Of a stretch of 64,000 bases of DNA, positions 1 to 9,077 are shown piece by piece. The translations under genes were made by a program, and so were the position numbers. How positions within the stretch are numbered: position 1 is the first letter of the stretch; every line of letters begins with the position of its first letter. A model generated the notes under the pieces. That model saw nothing but the letters and a program-made list of their open reading frames with translations, was not told the DNA's origin and did no database searches. The stretch spans positions 64,001 to 128,000 of the forward strand of contig CAXXIN010000003.1 in NCBI GenBank assembly GCA_963665275.2, written 5' to 3'. Origin of the DNA: Negativicutes bacterium. Lineage in GTDB: Bacteria; Bacillota; Negativicutes; UBA1444.

Positions 1-599
1 TGATTGCCAGGGAATGCAGTGCCATTTTGATTATAGTTGTTGTCAATGAAATCAGCCGCTGCAACCTTTGCCACTTCATTCACTTCGGCTGGAATGGTTG
101 TAAAAATTCCAAAGTCACGAGTGCCGCTGAAATAGTTGGCAAGAAAATTAAAGCTGCAAATGAAAGCTGCTTTCCCATCAATGACAATTCCTTTTTGGTG
201 CGTGACCTCATATACATTACTGGCGGGATGAGTTTGAATATTGCTTGATTGCTGAGTTAACGATTGCATGAAACTTGTAACAGTTTGTTGTTTTCCACTG
301 GTGCTTGCAAAGGAACTATAATTGTAAGTAATATCAACCTTTACGCCTCTTTGCGCTGCAGCTAGAATAGCTCCGTATAACGGGGTTGAATTATCGAATT
401 CATAAATGGTAATAGCAATAGTGCTTTGTGCTGAATTGATTTGATTAACCAAAAATGTTGTGCCATCATCTGGCTCAGTAATTAAAGTGTGCCCGTTGAT
501 AGGACCGATAGTGGCGCTGGCAATGGGAGTCGCGATTACCGAAATGGCAAAAATAAAGGTAATCAGAATAACCGCTTGCATTGCTTTCCTCATATTCAT
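1..599 (-). CDS. Secreted phospholipase D-family protein (runs off left edge)
   Basis: Own translation from ATG 599 after AAGGAG RBS: signal peptide MNMRKAMQAVILITFIFAIS..., HKD motif HQKGIVID; absent from ORF track because it is open at the window edge. Confidence 0.8.
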   Translation of the reverse strand, partial: MNMRKAMQAVILITFIFAISVIATPIASATIGPINGHTLITEPDDGTTFLVNQINSAQSTIAITIYEFDNSTPLYGAILAAAQRGVKVDITYNYSSFASTSGKQQTVTSFMQSLTQQSSNIQTHPASNVYEVTHQKGIVIDGKAAFICSFNFLANYFSGTRDFGIFTTIPAEVNEVAKVAAADFIDNNYNQNGTAFPGN

Positions 600-654
600 C
601 TCTCCTTCTTTTGCTTTACTTCAGTATGTCGACTAATCCACAGTTCATCAGGAT

Positions 655-765
655 AAGCCCTTCTTTGTCCATATTATACGGTTTCCGGTTTGTTTAAAAT
701 ACAAAAAGGAAAACTAGCAAGTTTTCGAGTAAAATTGGCGGGTTCCTATTGCCGATGGGACATCC
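655..765 (-). promoter_or_regulatory. Conserved ~110-bp promoter block, copy 1 (upstream of PLD gene)
   Basis: Similar to 15980-16090 (ttctttgtccat.ttatacgg...aaggaaaa...ttcgagtaaaattggc.gg...cgatggga); contains TATAAT on minus strand. Confidence 0.6.
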
Positions 766-942
766 CCCCTCTCGGCTCAATGGAATATGAAGCATATTGC
801 TTCACGCGGAGCCCAAACGATGATTTCTCTTAATTTCGTGCATTAGCGACGAAATGCACCTATGTCAGGCGATGCTTTTTGCTCGACATTCTCTTACAAG
901 GAAATCCAATTGGGGGAACTGCATTGCCCTTTCTAAACATCG

Positions 943-1686
943 CTAATTTTTCGTAAGTGGAAGCAATTTTGTAAGAGGCGTTAATAGATCTATTAATTCA
1001 TTATTTCCTGATTTTATTGCTAAATCCAGCGGTTTTTCCGCTATTAAATTGGCTTGATTTGGGTTTGCGCCATTTGCTAATAAAATTTTAACGCTTTCTA
1101 ATTTGCCTCGTTCACAGGCTTCTAGCAACGGAGTATTTCCCATACTATCTGCTTTATTTACGTTCGCACCTTTTTCGATTAATAATTTTAATATATCTAA
1201 ATCAATAAGTTTATCTGATCGTACTGCCCAAAAAGCAATAGTGACTCCATGAATATCATAAATTTTATGGTCTTTTAGAATTTCTCCATCGAAGCTTAAA
1301 TTGGGATCTGCTCCAGCATTAAGTAACATTTTAATTATATCCAAGCGTCTTTCACTAAATGCCCATGCAAGAGCGGACGGATAAGTACCGTTACCCTCTG
1401 CTTTGAAATTAACATCAACACCATTATCAATAAAACATTGAACAATAGCAGTGGATTTAGAGTTCCGTATGGCTCTGGTGAATGGTGCATCAGAGCGACT
1501 TTGTAAATAATTAGGATCGGCTCCCATAACAAAGGCTTGTTTTACTTGCTCCAAGTCATCATTTTTTACAGCGTTTAGAAGAAGTTGGCTGGCGGTTTCG
1601 TTGTAGTCTTTAGCTGAAACTGATGCTTGTCCTACTCCAATTCCAGCCAAACAAAGCATTATCATCACTAATAGCAGTTTTTTCAC
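943..1686 (-). CDS. Ankyrin-repeat protein with signal peptide
   Basis: Repeated ankyrin motifs (GADPN, GANVNKADSMGNTPLLEA, KPLDLA); hydrophobic N-terminus. Confidence 0.9.
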   Translation of the reverse strand: MKKLLLVMIMLCLAGIGVGQASVSAKDYNETASQLLLNAVKNDDLEQVKQAFVMGADPNYLQSRSDAPFTRAIRNSKSTAIVQCFIDNGVDVNFKAEGNGTYPSALAWAFSERRLDIIKMLLNAGADPNLSFDGEILKDHKIYDIHGVTIAFWAVRSDKLIDLDILKLLIEKGANVNKADSMGNTPLLEACERGKLESVKILLANGANPNQANLIAEKPLDLAIKSGNNELIDLLTPLTKLLPLTKN

Positions 1687-2269
1687 AAATACGACTCCTC
1701 TTTTTTACAGACTCCATTTTTACTACTTCTCTGTTAAAATTATTAAACCTTCATTAGTTGGTTACGTACTCCATTCCCAAATTATTCACACCAGCTGAGC
1801 CAAGCGAGCAAATATTACGGAATTATCTCACAGACCAAGGCTTCCTGGATGACAAAACAGCCTCTCATTCTCCTGAAAATTTTCTTATTCAGTTTTCTTG
1901 TTGTGCCCAACTGCCCCAATTTAATCTGGAAACACATAGGGCTTCCGCTGCAATTGCCGCCTCTGCAATGTCTTTCTCAGAAAAGGGGCAGTCCCGAATA
2001 TTATCTCAGCTTGGCATTTGCGCCCGCTCGGTTTAATTTGATAAAAAATCAGCGTTGGTTATGTTATCGGTGATCCGGTTAAGGCAGTGATAGAGAAATT
2101 ACTAACACCTGTGACGAGTTGCTGGATGAACTTGCGCTTAATTGACAGGCTCAAGTCAATTCGCTAGTATTGATGCATGGCTAAAGAATCATTTCACGAT
2201 CGCCATTTGGATCGCCAAACTTAAATGCGTTATCATTAATCACCCACAGAAAGGGTTGAAATCTTTAGT

Positions 2270-2920
2270 ATGATTAGTAATGAATCATATGGACCCTGTC
2301 CGAATACTCCCCACCCGATGCCAGGGCATCCTCGAGTATGTTACATAAAAAATGTCGTCAAAAACCCTAACATCATAATTGGTGACTATACCTATTATGA
2401 TGATCCGCAAAATCCCGAAGGATTTGAAAAAAACGTCTTGTATCACTACGATTTCATTGGAGACAAACTAATCATCGGGAAATTTTGTGCCATAGCCGCT
2501 GGCGTCAACTTTATCATGAACGGCGCCAATCATAAAATGGAGGCTTTGACAACATATCCATTTGGTATATTTGGCTCAGGATGGGAAGCAGGGCGACCTG
2601 CGTTGACCAACCTACCAATCAAAGGAGATACAGTAATCGGCAACGATTTTTGGCTTGGTTATGAATCAGTTGTGATACCAGGTGTCAGAATTGGCGATGG
2701 AGCAATTATCGCTGCAAAATCGATTGTAACAAAAGATGTGCCCCCATACACAATTGTTGGTGGCAATCCTGCCAAGATCATCAAACAAAGATTTGACGAT
2801 CAAGTTGTAGCAAAGTGATTAGCTGTAAAATGGTGGGATTGGTCTGTCGAAAAAATTACTCACAATATACCTTTCTTGGCTAGCAATGACATTGAACAAC
2901 TTATAAAAATGAAAGAATAG
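2270..2920 (+). pseudogene. vat: Vat/CatB-family xenobiotic acetyltransferase, copy 1, premature stop at 2816-2818
   Basis: Near-identical to 13610-14260; codon TTA(Leu) in copy 2 is TGA here and homology continues to TAG 2920. Confidence 0.8.
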
Positions 2921-3010
2921 GTTGACCAAACAATCAAAATAATCCCCCAATAGCAAAGGGCTCCTCGGACGAAAATCTGAAAAGCCTTTTACCTTCTATG
3001 CATATGGGCA

Positions 3011-3145
3011 TTATTTCAACAAAGATTCAGCCAAATTCATTTTATAAATCGATAAAGCTCAAACTTGGATTATCGGCATCATTGGAATTAACGCGAATAA
3101 GCATTTCATATTACCCTTCCCTCGTAATATTTTCTCAATGCATTG
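3011..3145 (-). pseudogene. Collapsed relic of the linear amide C-N hydrolase gene (start region fused to 3' end)
   Basis: 3095-3145 matches the RBS/start region at 15398-15450 (GGGAAGGGTAATATGAA.TG.TTATTC); 3011-3082 matches 14351-14481 with a deletion at ATTCAGC microhomology. Confidence 0.7.
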
Positions 3146-3328
3146 ACTCCGTCTCATATTCCAATAGCACATTGTTTCAACGGTATGGTTGTTCCTCTTT
3201 GGTTCAGTATTTTGGGTTTTATCTTGCCCGGTTGATCGCGTTCATGCTTTGGCGAGAAATGAAACAAACATAATAAATTCTTATGCATTTATATCGTACT
3301 TTAATTCTATCGCAGGAGGCTTCAAACA

Positions 3329-4021
3329 ATGATCGGAATTCTTGCTGGCATGGGACCGAAATCAACAGCCCCGTTTGTAGATAAAGTAGTTCAACTCTGT
3401 CAAGAAAAGTATGCCGCAAAATATGATATTGATTTTCCTCCAATGATGATCTATTCATGCCCTACTCCTTTTTATATAGACCGTCCATTGGATCATGAGG
3501 CTTTGGAATTTGCTATTATCAGCGGTGCCCAAAAAATCGCCTCCACAGGAGTTGATTTTATTGCTATTCCATGCAATACTGCTCATCGCTATTTTGAAAA
3601 CATTAAAAAATCCGTAGATACCCCCCTCTTGAACATGGTTGAGGAAGCGATAAAACACATCCCTCGCAACAAAGGGCGGGTTGCCCTCCTGTCCACTCCC
3701 TCAACCCTTGAGTCAGGAATCTATCAAGACGGACTAGCAACACTAGGGTGTCAGTTCGTATGGCAAGAATCTTGGCAACATCTGGTCAATCAAGTGATCT
3801 CGGGAGTGAAAGAACCTAACGGATTGGATCAAGCCCATTCAAATTGGCAGGAATTGCTTAACGAACTTGGAGAGCAAGCCGATTCACTGATATTAGCTTG
3901 CACCGATTTAAATATTGTTGCAGCTCATCACCCCACTGATATTCCAATAATTGATGCCGGCCTTTGCCTTGCAAGTGCAGTCGTGAATCGCTATTATGAA
4001 GGTCTTAAAAAAGAACAATAA
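3329..4021 (+). CDS. Aspartate/glutamate racemase family protein (RacX/YgeA-like)
   Basis: IGILAGMGPKST, PCNTAH and ILACTDL two-cysteine motifs; GGAGG RBS. Confidence 0.9.
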   Translation: MIGILAGMGPKSTAPFVDKVVQLCQEKYAAKYDIDFPPMMIYSCPTPFYIDRPLDHEALEFAIISGAQKIASTGVDFIAIPCNTAHRYFENIKKSVDTPLLNMVEEAIKHIPRNKGRVALLSTPSTLESGIYQDGLATLGCQFVWQESWQHLVNQVISGVKEPNGLDQAHSNWQELLNELGEQADSLILACTDLNIVAAHHPTDIPIIDAGLCLASAVVNRYYEGLKKEQ

Positions 4022-4096
4022 TGTTCGCGTTTTTAGAATGACTTTCTCAAATCGCTCTCACTGCCAACCATCATCAAGAATAATCTTATTCATTGC

Positions 4097-4196
4097 CACC
4101 CAGACTGGCACTCGCTCACCAAACTGATCACCAACACCCCAAAAACTCTATCATCCAACACAAAAAGCTTCCGACCACGAGTGGCTGGAAGCTTTT
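4097..4196. repeat. Junction repeat: paired TCACCAA arm-like sites (4112-4134) + palindrome A (4163-4196)
   Basis: Aligns over ~85 bp with 17333-17416, which abuts the selC 3' duplicate; cacccagactggcact is identical to 13520-13535. Confidence 0.8.
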
Positions 4197-4384
4197 AAAA
4201 TTTGAAATGAATCCAAGATGAGAATTCTTTTCTCTTCCGGAGAGTTTGCAGCTTCTGCATAACTATAATGACCACTTATCAAGAAAACAGTTAGCGCAAG
4301 AATAATAAAGTTTGAAAATATATCATTTGTCTTTTTGCCAGGTTGCCGCAACATTTTCTTCAACCTCTTCTTATAAACGCACAT
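4197..4384 (-). pseudogene. 5' fragment of a secreted/sensor protein cut off at palindrome A
   Basis: Signal-peptide-like stretch then EKRILILDSF, after which the frame runs into the repeat. Confidence 0.5.
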
Positions 4385-4456
4385 TCCATAACAACAACGA
4401 GTAAAAAGCTCAAAGGAATTATTCAGCTATAAATATTTTGCGGATTCGCAATTTGC

Positions 4457-4849
4457 CTATTTATTGATTAAGTCCGTGCCATATGAATTATCAATCGCGC
4501 AGAGCCATTTACCTTGTGCATCTTTCCTAAATACATAGGTTGCCCTTCTATCCATTGAATACTCCGAATCCTTTTTGTTGTTTGCTTCAAGAAGCGTTTG
4601 AGAAAGAACCAATGCGATATCTCCAGCTTCCAAAATTATCATTTCCCCTTGTGTTGGCACAATGCTATTATTGAAATATTTGGAAATTGCAATAAATGCT
4701 TTTTTGATTTCCTCTTTTCCACGCGCTATCATTTCAGGCTTTACAACCAAGATCGCATCATCAGTATAGTAATTCATCAATGTATCGAAGTCTTCTTGTT
4801 TGATTGCGCGGTCACATTTTTTGATAAACTCTTTTAGCTCGTGTTCCAT
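4457..4849 (-). CDS. NTF2-like / DUF4440 (YybH-like) protein
   Basis: [16 protein letters not shown]...GKEEIK...[16 protein letters not shown] pattern. Confidence 0.8.
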   Translation of the reverse strand: MEHELKEFIKKCDRAIKQEDFDTLMNYYTDDAILVVKPEMIARGKEEIKKAFIAISKYFNNSIVPTQGEMIILEAGDIALVLSQTLLEANNKKDSEYSMDRRATYVFRKDAQGKWLCAIDNSYGTDLINK

Positions 4850-4981
4850 TCTATTTCCCTCCGATAATCAATTTTAGGCTATAGCCTGTGTTTCGGATAG
4901 GCACTGGACTTGAAAAAGTCGAGTCATGTTATTTTTTTGTCGTTGTCTATAACAAAAAAGCTAATGTGCCACGGCTACCAT

Positions 4982-5407
4982 TTACTCAATAAATCTTTTT
5001 TCACGCATACTCGATTCATTATTAAATTTTGCCATTCCAGTAATCATTTTACTATAGCCGAGTTTACAATAGAATTCTTCTTTTCCAGGGCTTGCATACA
5101 AAATGACATTGAATCCCTGCAAATTCCTGTGAAGCTCATCGACAATCAATTTGCCAAGTTTTTTACCTTGATATGCTGGCAATACAGCAATATCATAAAT
5201 TGCCGCTTGATAAGCACCGTCAGAAATCGCTCTACCAGCTCCCACAAGCAAAGCATTATCAAAGACAAATGCTACACAATAACTGTTTGTAAAAGCCTTT
5301 TTGATTAACGCGACAGTCCGGGTTGCTAATCCGGCTTCCTTCAATAAACAGCAAACTGTATCCCAATTAACATTCTCACAATTATTTTGAACACGGTATT
5401 GCATCAA
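4982..5407 (-). CDS. GNAT family N-acetyltransferase
   Basis: IYDIAVLPAYQGKKLGK acetyl-CoA motif; FYCKLGY. Confidence 0.9.
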   Translation of the reverse strand: MMQYRVQNNCENVNWDTVCCLLKEAGLATRTVALIKKAFTNSYCVAFVFDNALLVGAGRAISDGAYQAAIYDIAVLPAYQGKKLGKLIVDELHRNLQGFNVILYASPGKEEFYCKLGYSKMITGMAKFNNESSMREKRFIE

Positions 5408-5602
5408 ATTCTCTCCTTTACATATAGCGCCAGTAAATAGTTATTAACTCTTTACTGCAAAGGCACCTGCAATTTCTAATAATTGTATGTTGCCCCTCTG
5501 CCCCCTACTGATTCATCAACAATAAAAGCCAAGGCACCTTGTGATGAAGGCGCCTTGATTGGTTAATAATAATTTAAAAACTGTGAAGCTAAAAAAACGT
5601 CA

Positions 5603-5809
5603 TTAATTCTTGTTTAGAAGAATCAGCCCTATGGCGCAAAATACAACTCCCAGTGTTCTATTAAGAGCAAATCCCTCTTGGTAAAATAGAATACCTACTG
5701 GAATAAGCATAATGGCAAGCAGAATATTTGCAACTAAAGACCCTACACTTATATCCCATCCTGCCCTATACGCCATCAGCGTCCCAAACTCAAGTCCAAC
5801 AATTGCGAT
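5603..5809 (-). pseudogene. 3' fragment duplicate of the DMT/EamA-like gene 8463-8900
   Basis: 5518-5809 nearly identical to 8376-8669 including the downstream terminator; 5' half missing. Confidence 0.85.
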
Positions 5810-5829
5810 ACTTCTCGCGCACAAAACAT

Positions 5830-5860
5830 AAGGCTTCCAACCGCAAATGGCTGGAAGACT
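5830..5860. repeat. Palindrome A copy
   Basis: aaggcttccaaccgcaaatggctggaagact. Confidence 0.8.
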
Positions 5861-5928
5861 GTCCTCAATCTTAAACTGATGCAGTTCTCATATTAAAATC
5901 AAACAAATCAATTACCAACCTCACAACT

Positions 5929-6306
5929 TTATTTATAGTCAATTGCGCCGCCTGCATTATTATAATAGTATGTAAGTTCAGCGATTACTTTTAAGTTGTA
6001 CTTTTTCTTTGTCCAGTTCCACACTTTCCCGCTGCTGTCCTTGATTCGAAAGTTCCACCACGTGACATTATTTGAATTATCAAAAGTGATGTCTATGCTT
6101 TCGCCTTTTCCTAAGGATGTTCCTGCCAAAACGTTTTCTTCCCAATTATCACTATCAGCCGGTGCTACCCAAAAACCTACAATCGCGTAGGGCGAATTAT
6201 TCACCAAAGTAAAATCTTGGCTCCCAGCCAATCCCACGCCTGGCAATGCCACAATCATCATCATTAATAGCAATCCGGCTAACAACCTTATTTTCAATAA
6301 GCTCAA
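5929..6306 (-). CDS. Small secreted beta-rich protein (QDFTLVN...WEENVL family)
   Basis: TTG start at 6306 after GGGAGG RBS; signal peptide then GSQDFTLVNNS...APADSDNWEENVL. Confidence 0.7.
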   Translation of the reverse strand: MSLLKIRLLAGLLLMMMIVALPGVGLAGSQDFTLVNNSPYAIVGFWVAPADSDNWEENVLAGTSLGKGESIDITFDNSNNVTWWNFRIKDSSGKVWNWTKKKYNLKVIAELTYYYNNAGGAIDYK

Positions 6307-6618
6307 AATACAATCCTCCCTTAATGTTTTGATCATTGACTTCGTTAGGTTTGATTGGATTCTTCTATGACAACTGTGCCTCAAAAGCAATAAGGGTATA
6401 TCACCTCCACAAGCTGTGCAATTTAATGAACAATTAGCTATTTTCAATTATGTACTTCTCCATTTATATGCAAATTTTCCTGCAATGAGAAGAATTTTTT
6501 GTTCAAATCGCATAATTTTCACCAATCCTATTCAGGCTCAATATAATTGCCTTTGAACACAACGTTCATTCCGCCATCATATGTACATCTTTCCGTCTGT
6601 TGCACGAGGATTTGATGC

Positions 6619-7119
6619 TCAAGTTTTCCTTCGTGCCAGTTCGTTTTTATACAAACCTCTGTACCAATATATTGGCAATGCAAAAACGAAGATCAAAGAT
6701 GCCGTATCGATTACTGCAACTAGAACGGACCTTGTGCGACCAGTTCTTATAAGAAGTTCAAGGGTAAAGGAAATCAGTGTAATAGAAATCCCCGTGACAG
6801 TTATCCATTTCCAAAAGTATTTAACTCTCACGAAGCAAGTAACCGTTATAATGGATAGAATCCCAAAGCCACCCACTCCATCAGCTGAAAGCAGCAGTGC
6901 ATAAAATAGACAAACGGGTTTGGAAAATATCCATTGCAGATTCCTTAACCACATAGCCCCTCCAAGTCTAGTATGGGGGTACGTCGCCAAAAACCATTCC
7001 TTCACAAATCCATATGTTATCAACAAGGTCAGGATGACAAGTCCTTCTTTAACCCATGGTTTCATTTTCCTTAGAAGTTCGGTTGTCCCCAATGCTATTT
7101 TCCACTTGGTTATCGTCAT
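6619..7119 (-). CDS. Hypothetical membrane protein
   Basis: Several hydrophobic segments; GGAGG RBS. Confidence 0.6.
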   Translation of the reverse strand: MTITKWKIALGTTELLRKMKPWVKEGLVILTLLITYGFVKEWFLATYPHTRLGGAMWLRNLQWIFSKPVCLFYALLLSADGVGGFGILSIITVTCFVRVKYFWKWITVTGISITLISFTLELLIRTGRTRSVLVAVIDTASLIFVFALPIYWYRGLYKNELARRKT

Positions 7120-7365
7120 GCCTTTCCTCCGAGTTTATGTAGTCATTCACGAACAGTCGGTACAGACCTTATATTACTAATATTGAGTCCATTTACATTC
7201 CATTAAAACTCTTCGGATGCTCCGTAGCGCATTGAATTGTTCGGTACGGGTATTGTTAATGGTCTGGTTGTGATGAAATTAGTTTAACAAACCGACTCCA
7301 TCACTAAGCTTTTGCCTTGAGTCTTTTTTCATATATCTATTACCCTTCCTCATTTTCCTTTTTCT

Positions 7366-7406
7366 TCCTTGAGTCTATAGTCCTATTTCAATGGACTAAA
7401 TGGCTC
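7366..7406. repeat. ~40-bp upstream repeat, copy 1
   Basis: ttccttgagtctatagtcctatttcaatg identical to 8278-8306. Confidence 0.75.
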
Positions 7407-7508
7407 AACCTGTCACTGTCCAAGGAATATTGCCCTCGGACATAAGAAAGACTCTTCGGAATTACATCCAAAGAGCCTTTTTTTGAGCAGCGCGTACCAC
7501 AGTTCGAC

Positions 7509-8192
7509 CTATTCTTTCAGAGCCGCCCATTTTGATAAATCTTTTACACCATATCGTTTTTCAGCTGAGCTCATTTTGGCGAAGACCTCATTGAAATACT
7601 TCACATCTCCTTCTCGACCCTTTTCTCCCGTTATCTGAACCCAAGACTTAATAACCCAAACATCTCCTTCTTTAATCAATTCGACATTTGACATATAAGG
7701 GGCAAGATTCTTGCCAATGGTATTGGGTATGTTCATGTCGGCGGTGTATAGAATTAAACCCATAAGCGTGTTGCCCTTTTGGGAGACATGCTCCATCCCT
7801 TGGAGAGTATAGCTATTGATAGAAGACAATCTGGTCGAAAGCTCGGATTCTGAAATACTTCTCATCCCCAAATGCAATTTTTTCATGCTTTGGAAGTCTT
7901 TTGTATTGATTGCAGAAAAGAATGGAAGGAGTCCACGAACCATCTCTTTTTCCGCTGGTTGGATTAAAGTAGTGTTTCGGGGTGATGATGTTTGCTCGGA
8001 AACTTGATTTTGGGATGTTATTTTTGATGGTATACTGCTGTTTTCTGAGGACGATAACAACATTTTGGGTTGACCGAGACCATTTGTAGTTCCGATTGAA
8101 GGTTTTAATATTAGAAACGAGAGTGTGCCTATAGTTATGGCAAGTATAGCTATAATACCAATTATCACTTTTCTTCCTGTAATCGATATCAT
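7509..8192 (-). CDS. Hypothetical membrane-anchored protein
   Basis: N-terminal TM, Ser-rich linker, globular C-terminal domain; GGAGG RBS. Confidence 0.7.
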   Translation of the reverse strand: MISITGRKVIIGIIAILAITIGTLSFLILKPSIGTTNGLGQPKMLLSSSENSSIPSKITSQNQVSEQTSSPRNTTLIQPAEKEMVRGLLPFFSAINTKDFQSMKKLHLGMRSISESELSTRLSSINSYTLQGMEHVSQKGNTLMGLILYTADMNIPNTIGKNLAPYMSNVELIKEGDVWVIKSWVQITGEKGREGDVKYFNEVFAKMSSAEKRYGVKDLSKWAALKE

Positions 8193-8277
8193 AGTTGAAC
8201 TTCCTCCGATATTATATTTATTAACAATCTAGTATTTTTTAGCATTTGCTATTTGATTTCCTTATTGTATCTATCTG

Positions 8278-8322
8278 TTCCTTGAGTCTATAGTCCTATT
8301 TCAATGAACCGAAGGACTCAAC
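8278..8322. repeat. ~40-bp upstream repeat, copy 2
   Basis: Matches 7366-7406; bounded by TTGAGTC...GACTCAA inverted repeat. Confidence 0.75.
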
Positions 8323-8462
8323 ATTTCCAAACTGTACCCTTTACTTCTGCACCGCACGCCCCAAACATCATCATTAACAATAAAAAGCCAAGGCACCTTG
8401 TGATGAAGGTGCCTTGGTTGGTTAATAATAATTTAAGAAACTGTGAAACTAAAAAAATATCA

Positions 8463-8900
8463 TTAATTCTTGTTTAGAAGAATCAGCCCTATGGCGCAAA
8501 ATACAACTCCCAGTGTTCTGTTAAGAGCAAATCCCTCTTGGTAAAAGAGAATACCTACGGGAATAAGCATAATGGCAAGCAGAATATTTGCAACTAAAGA
8601 CCCTACACTTATATCCCATCCTGCCCTATACGCCATTAGCGTCCCAAACTCAAGTCCAACAATTGCGATCCCTAGCGCAGCGCTTGTCCAATTTAGTTCT
8701 TTTAATGAATGAACAAAATTTTTGTCAGAGTGAAAAAGCAGGAAGGCAGAAAGAGTTATCATTGATGCAGACAAATATGTTACGAGTAGAGATACCATTG
8801 AATTGGCACTTTCTGGAGTCGATTTCTGACAAACATGATACATAATATTCGATGCAACAATCAACGCAATGGAAAACACGTACATAAGATTGATCTTCAC
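8463..8900 (-). CDS. DMT/EamA-like small multi-TM transporter
   Basis: About five hydrophobic helices, AYRAGWDIS, ILFYQE motif. Confidence 0.75.
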   Translation of the reverse strand: MKINLMYVFSIALIVASNIMYHVCQKSTPESANSMVSLLVTYLSASMITLSAFLLFHSDKNFVHSLKELNWTSAALGIAIVGLEFGTLMAYRAGWDISVGSLVANILLAIMLIPVGILFYQEGFALNRTLGVVFCAIGLILLNKN

Positions 8901-9077
8901 CTCATTGACTTTATTCTAGTGTCGAAACCTCAAAGGTCGTATGAAATTACTGCATCGAGCAGAACTCCTACAGATAATTATTTTACCACACTAAATGTAT
9001 CCTGTAGATACGAACACCTTGCCTTTATGCCCCAAACCCACTTGCCCCTCTGTCCCAAACAATAAATCCATCCACCA

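Noticed and set aside
1758-2200. Short ORFs between ankyrin and vat genes
   Set aside because: No recognisable motifs or RBS; probably decayed sequence that I cannot assign.
2816-2818. In-frame TGA in vat copy 1 as selenocysteine (selC is nearby)
   Set aside because: Aligns to Leu (TTA) in the paralogue, not Cys; no SECIS-like hairpin follows; neighbouring DNA is also decayed.
5811-5825. Second group II intron start (GTGCG after palindrome A on minus strand)
   Set aside because: Only 5-6 nt match; the following sequence does not resemble the IIC 5' end and no intron body is present.
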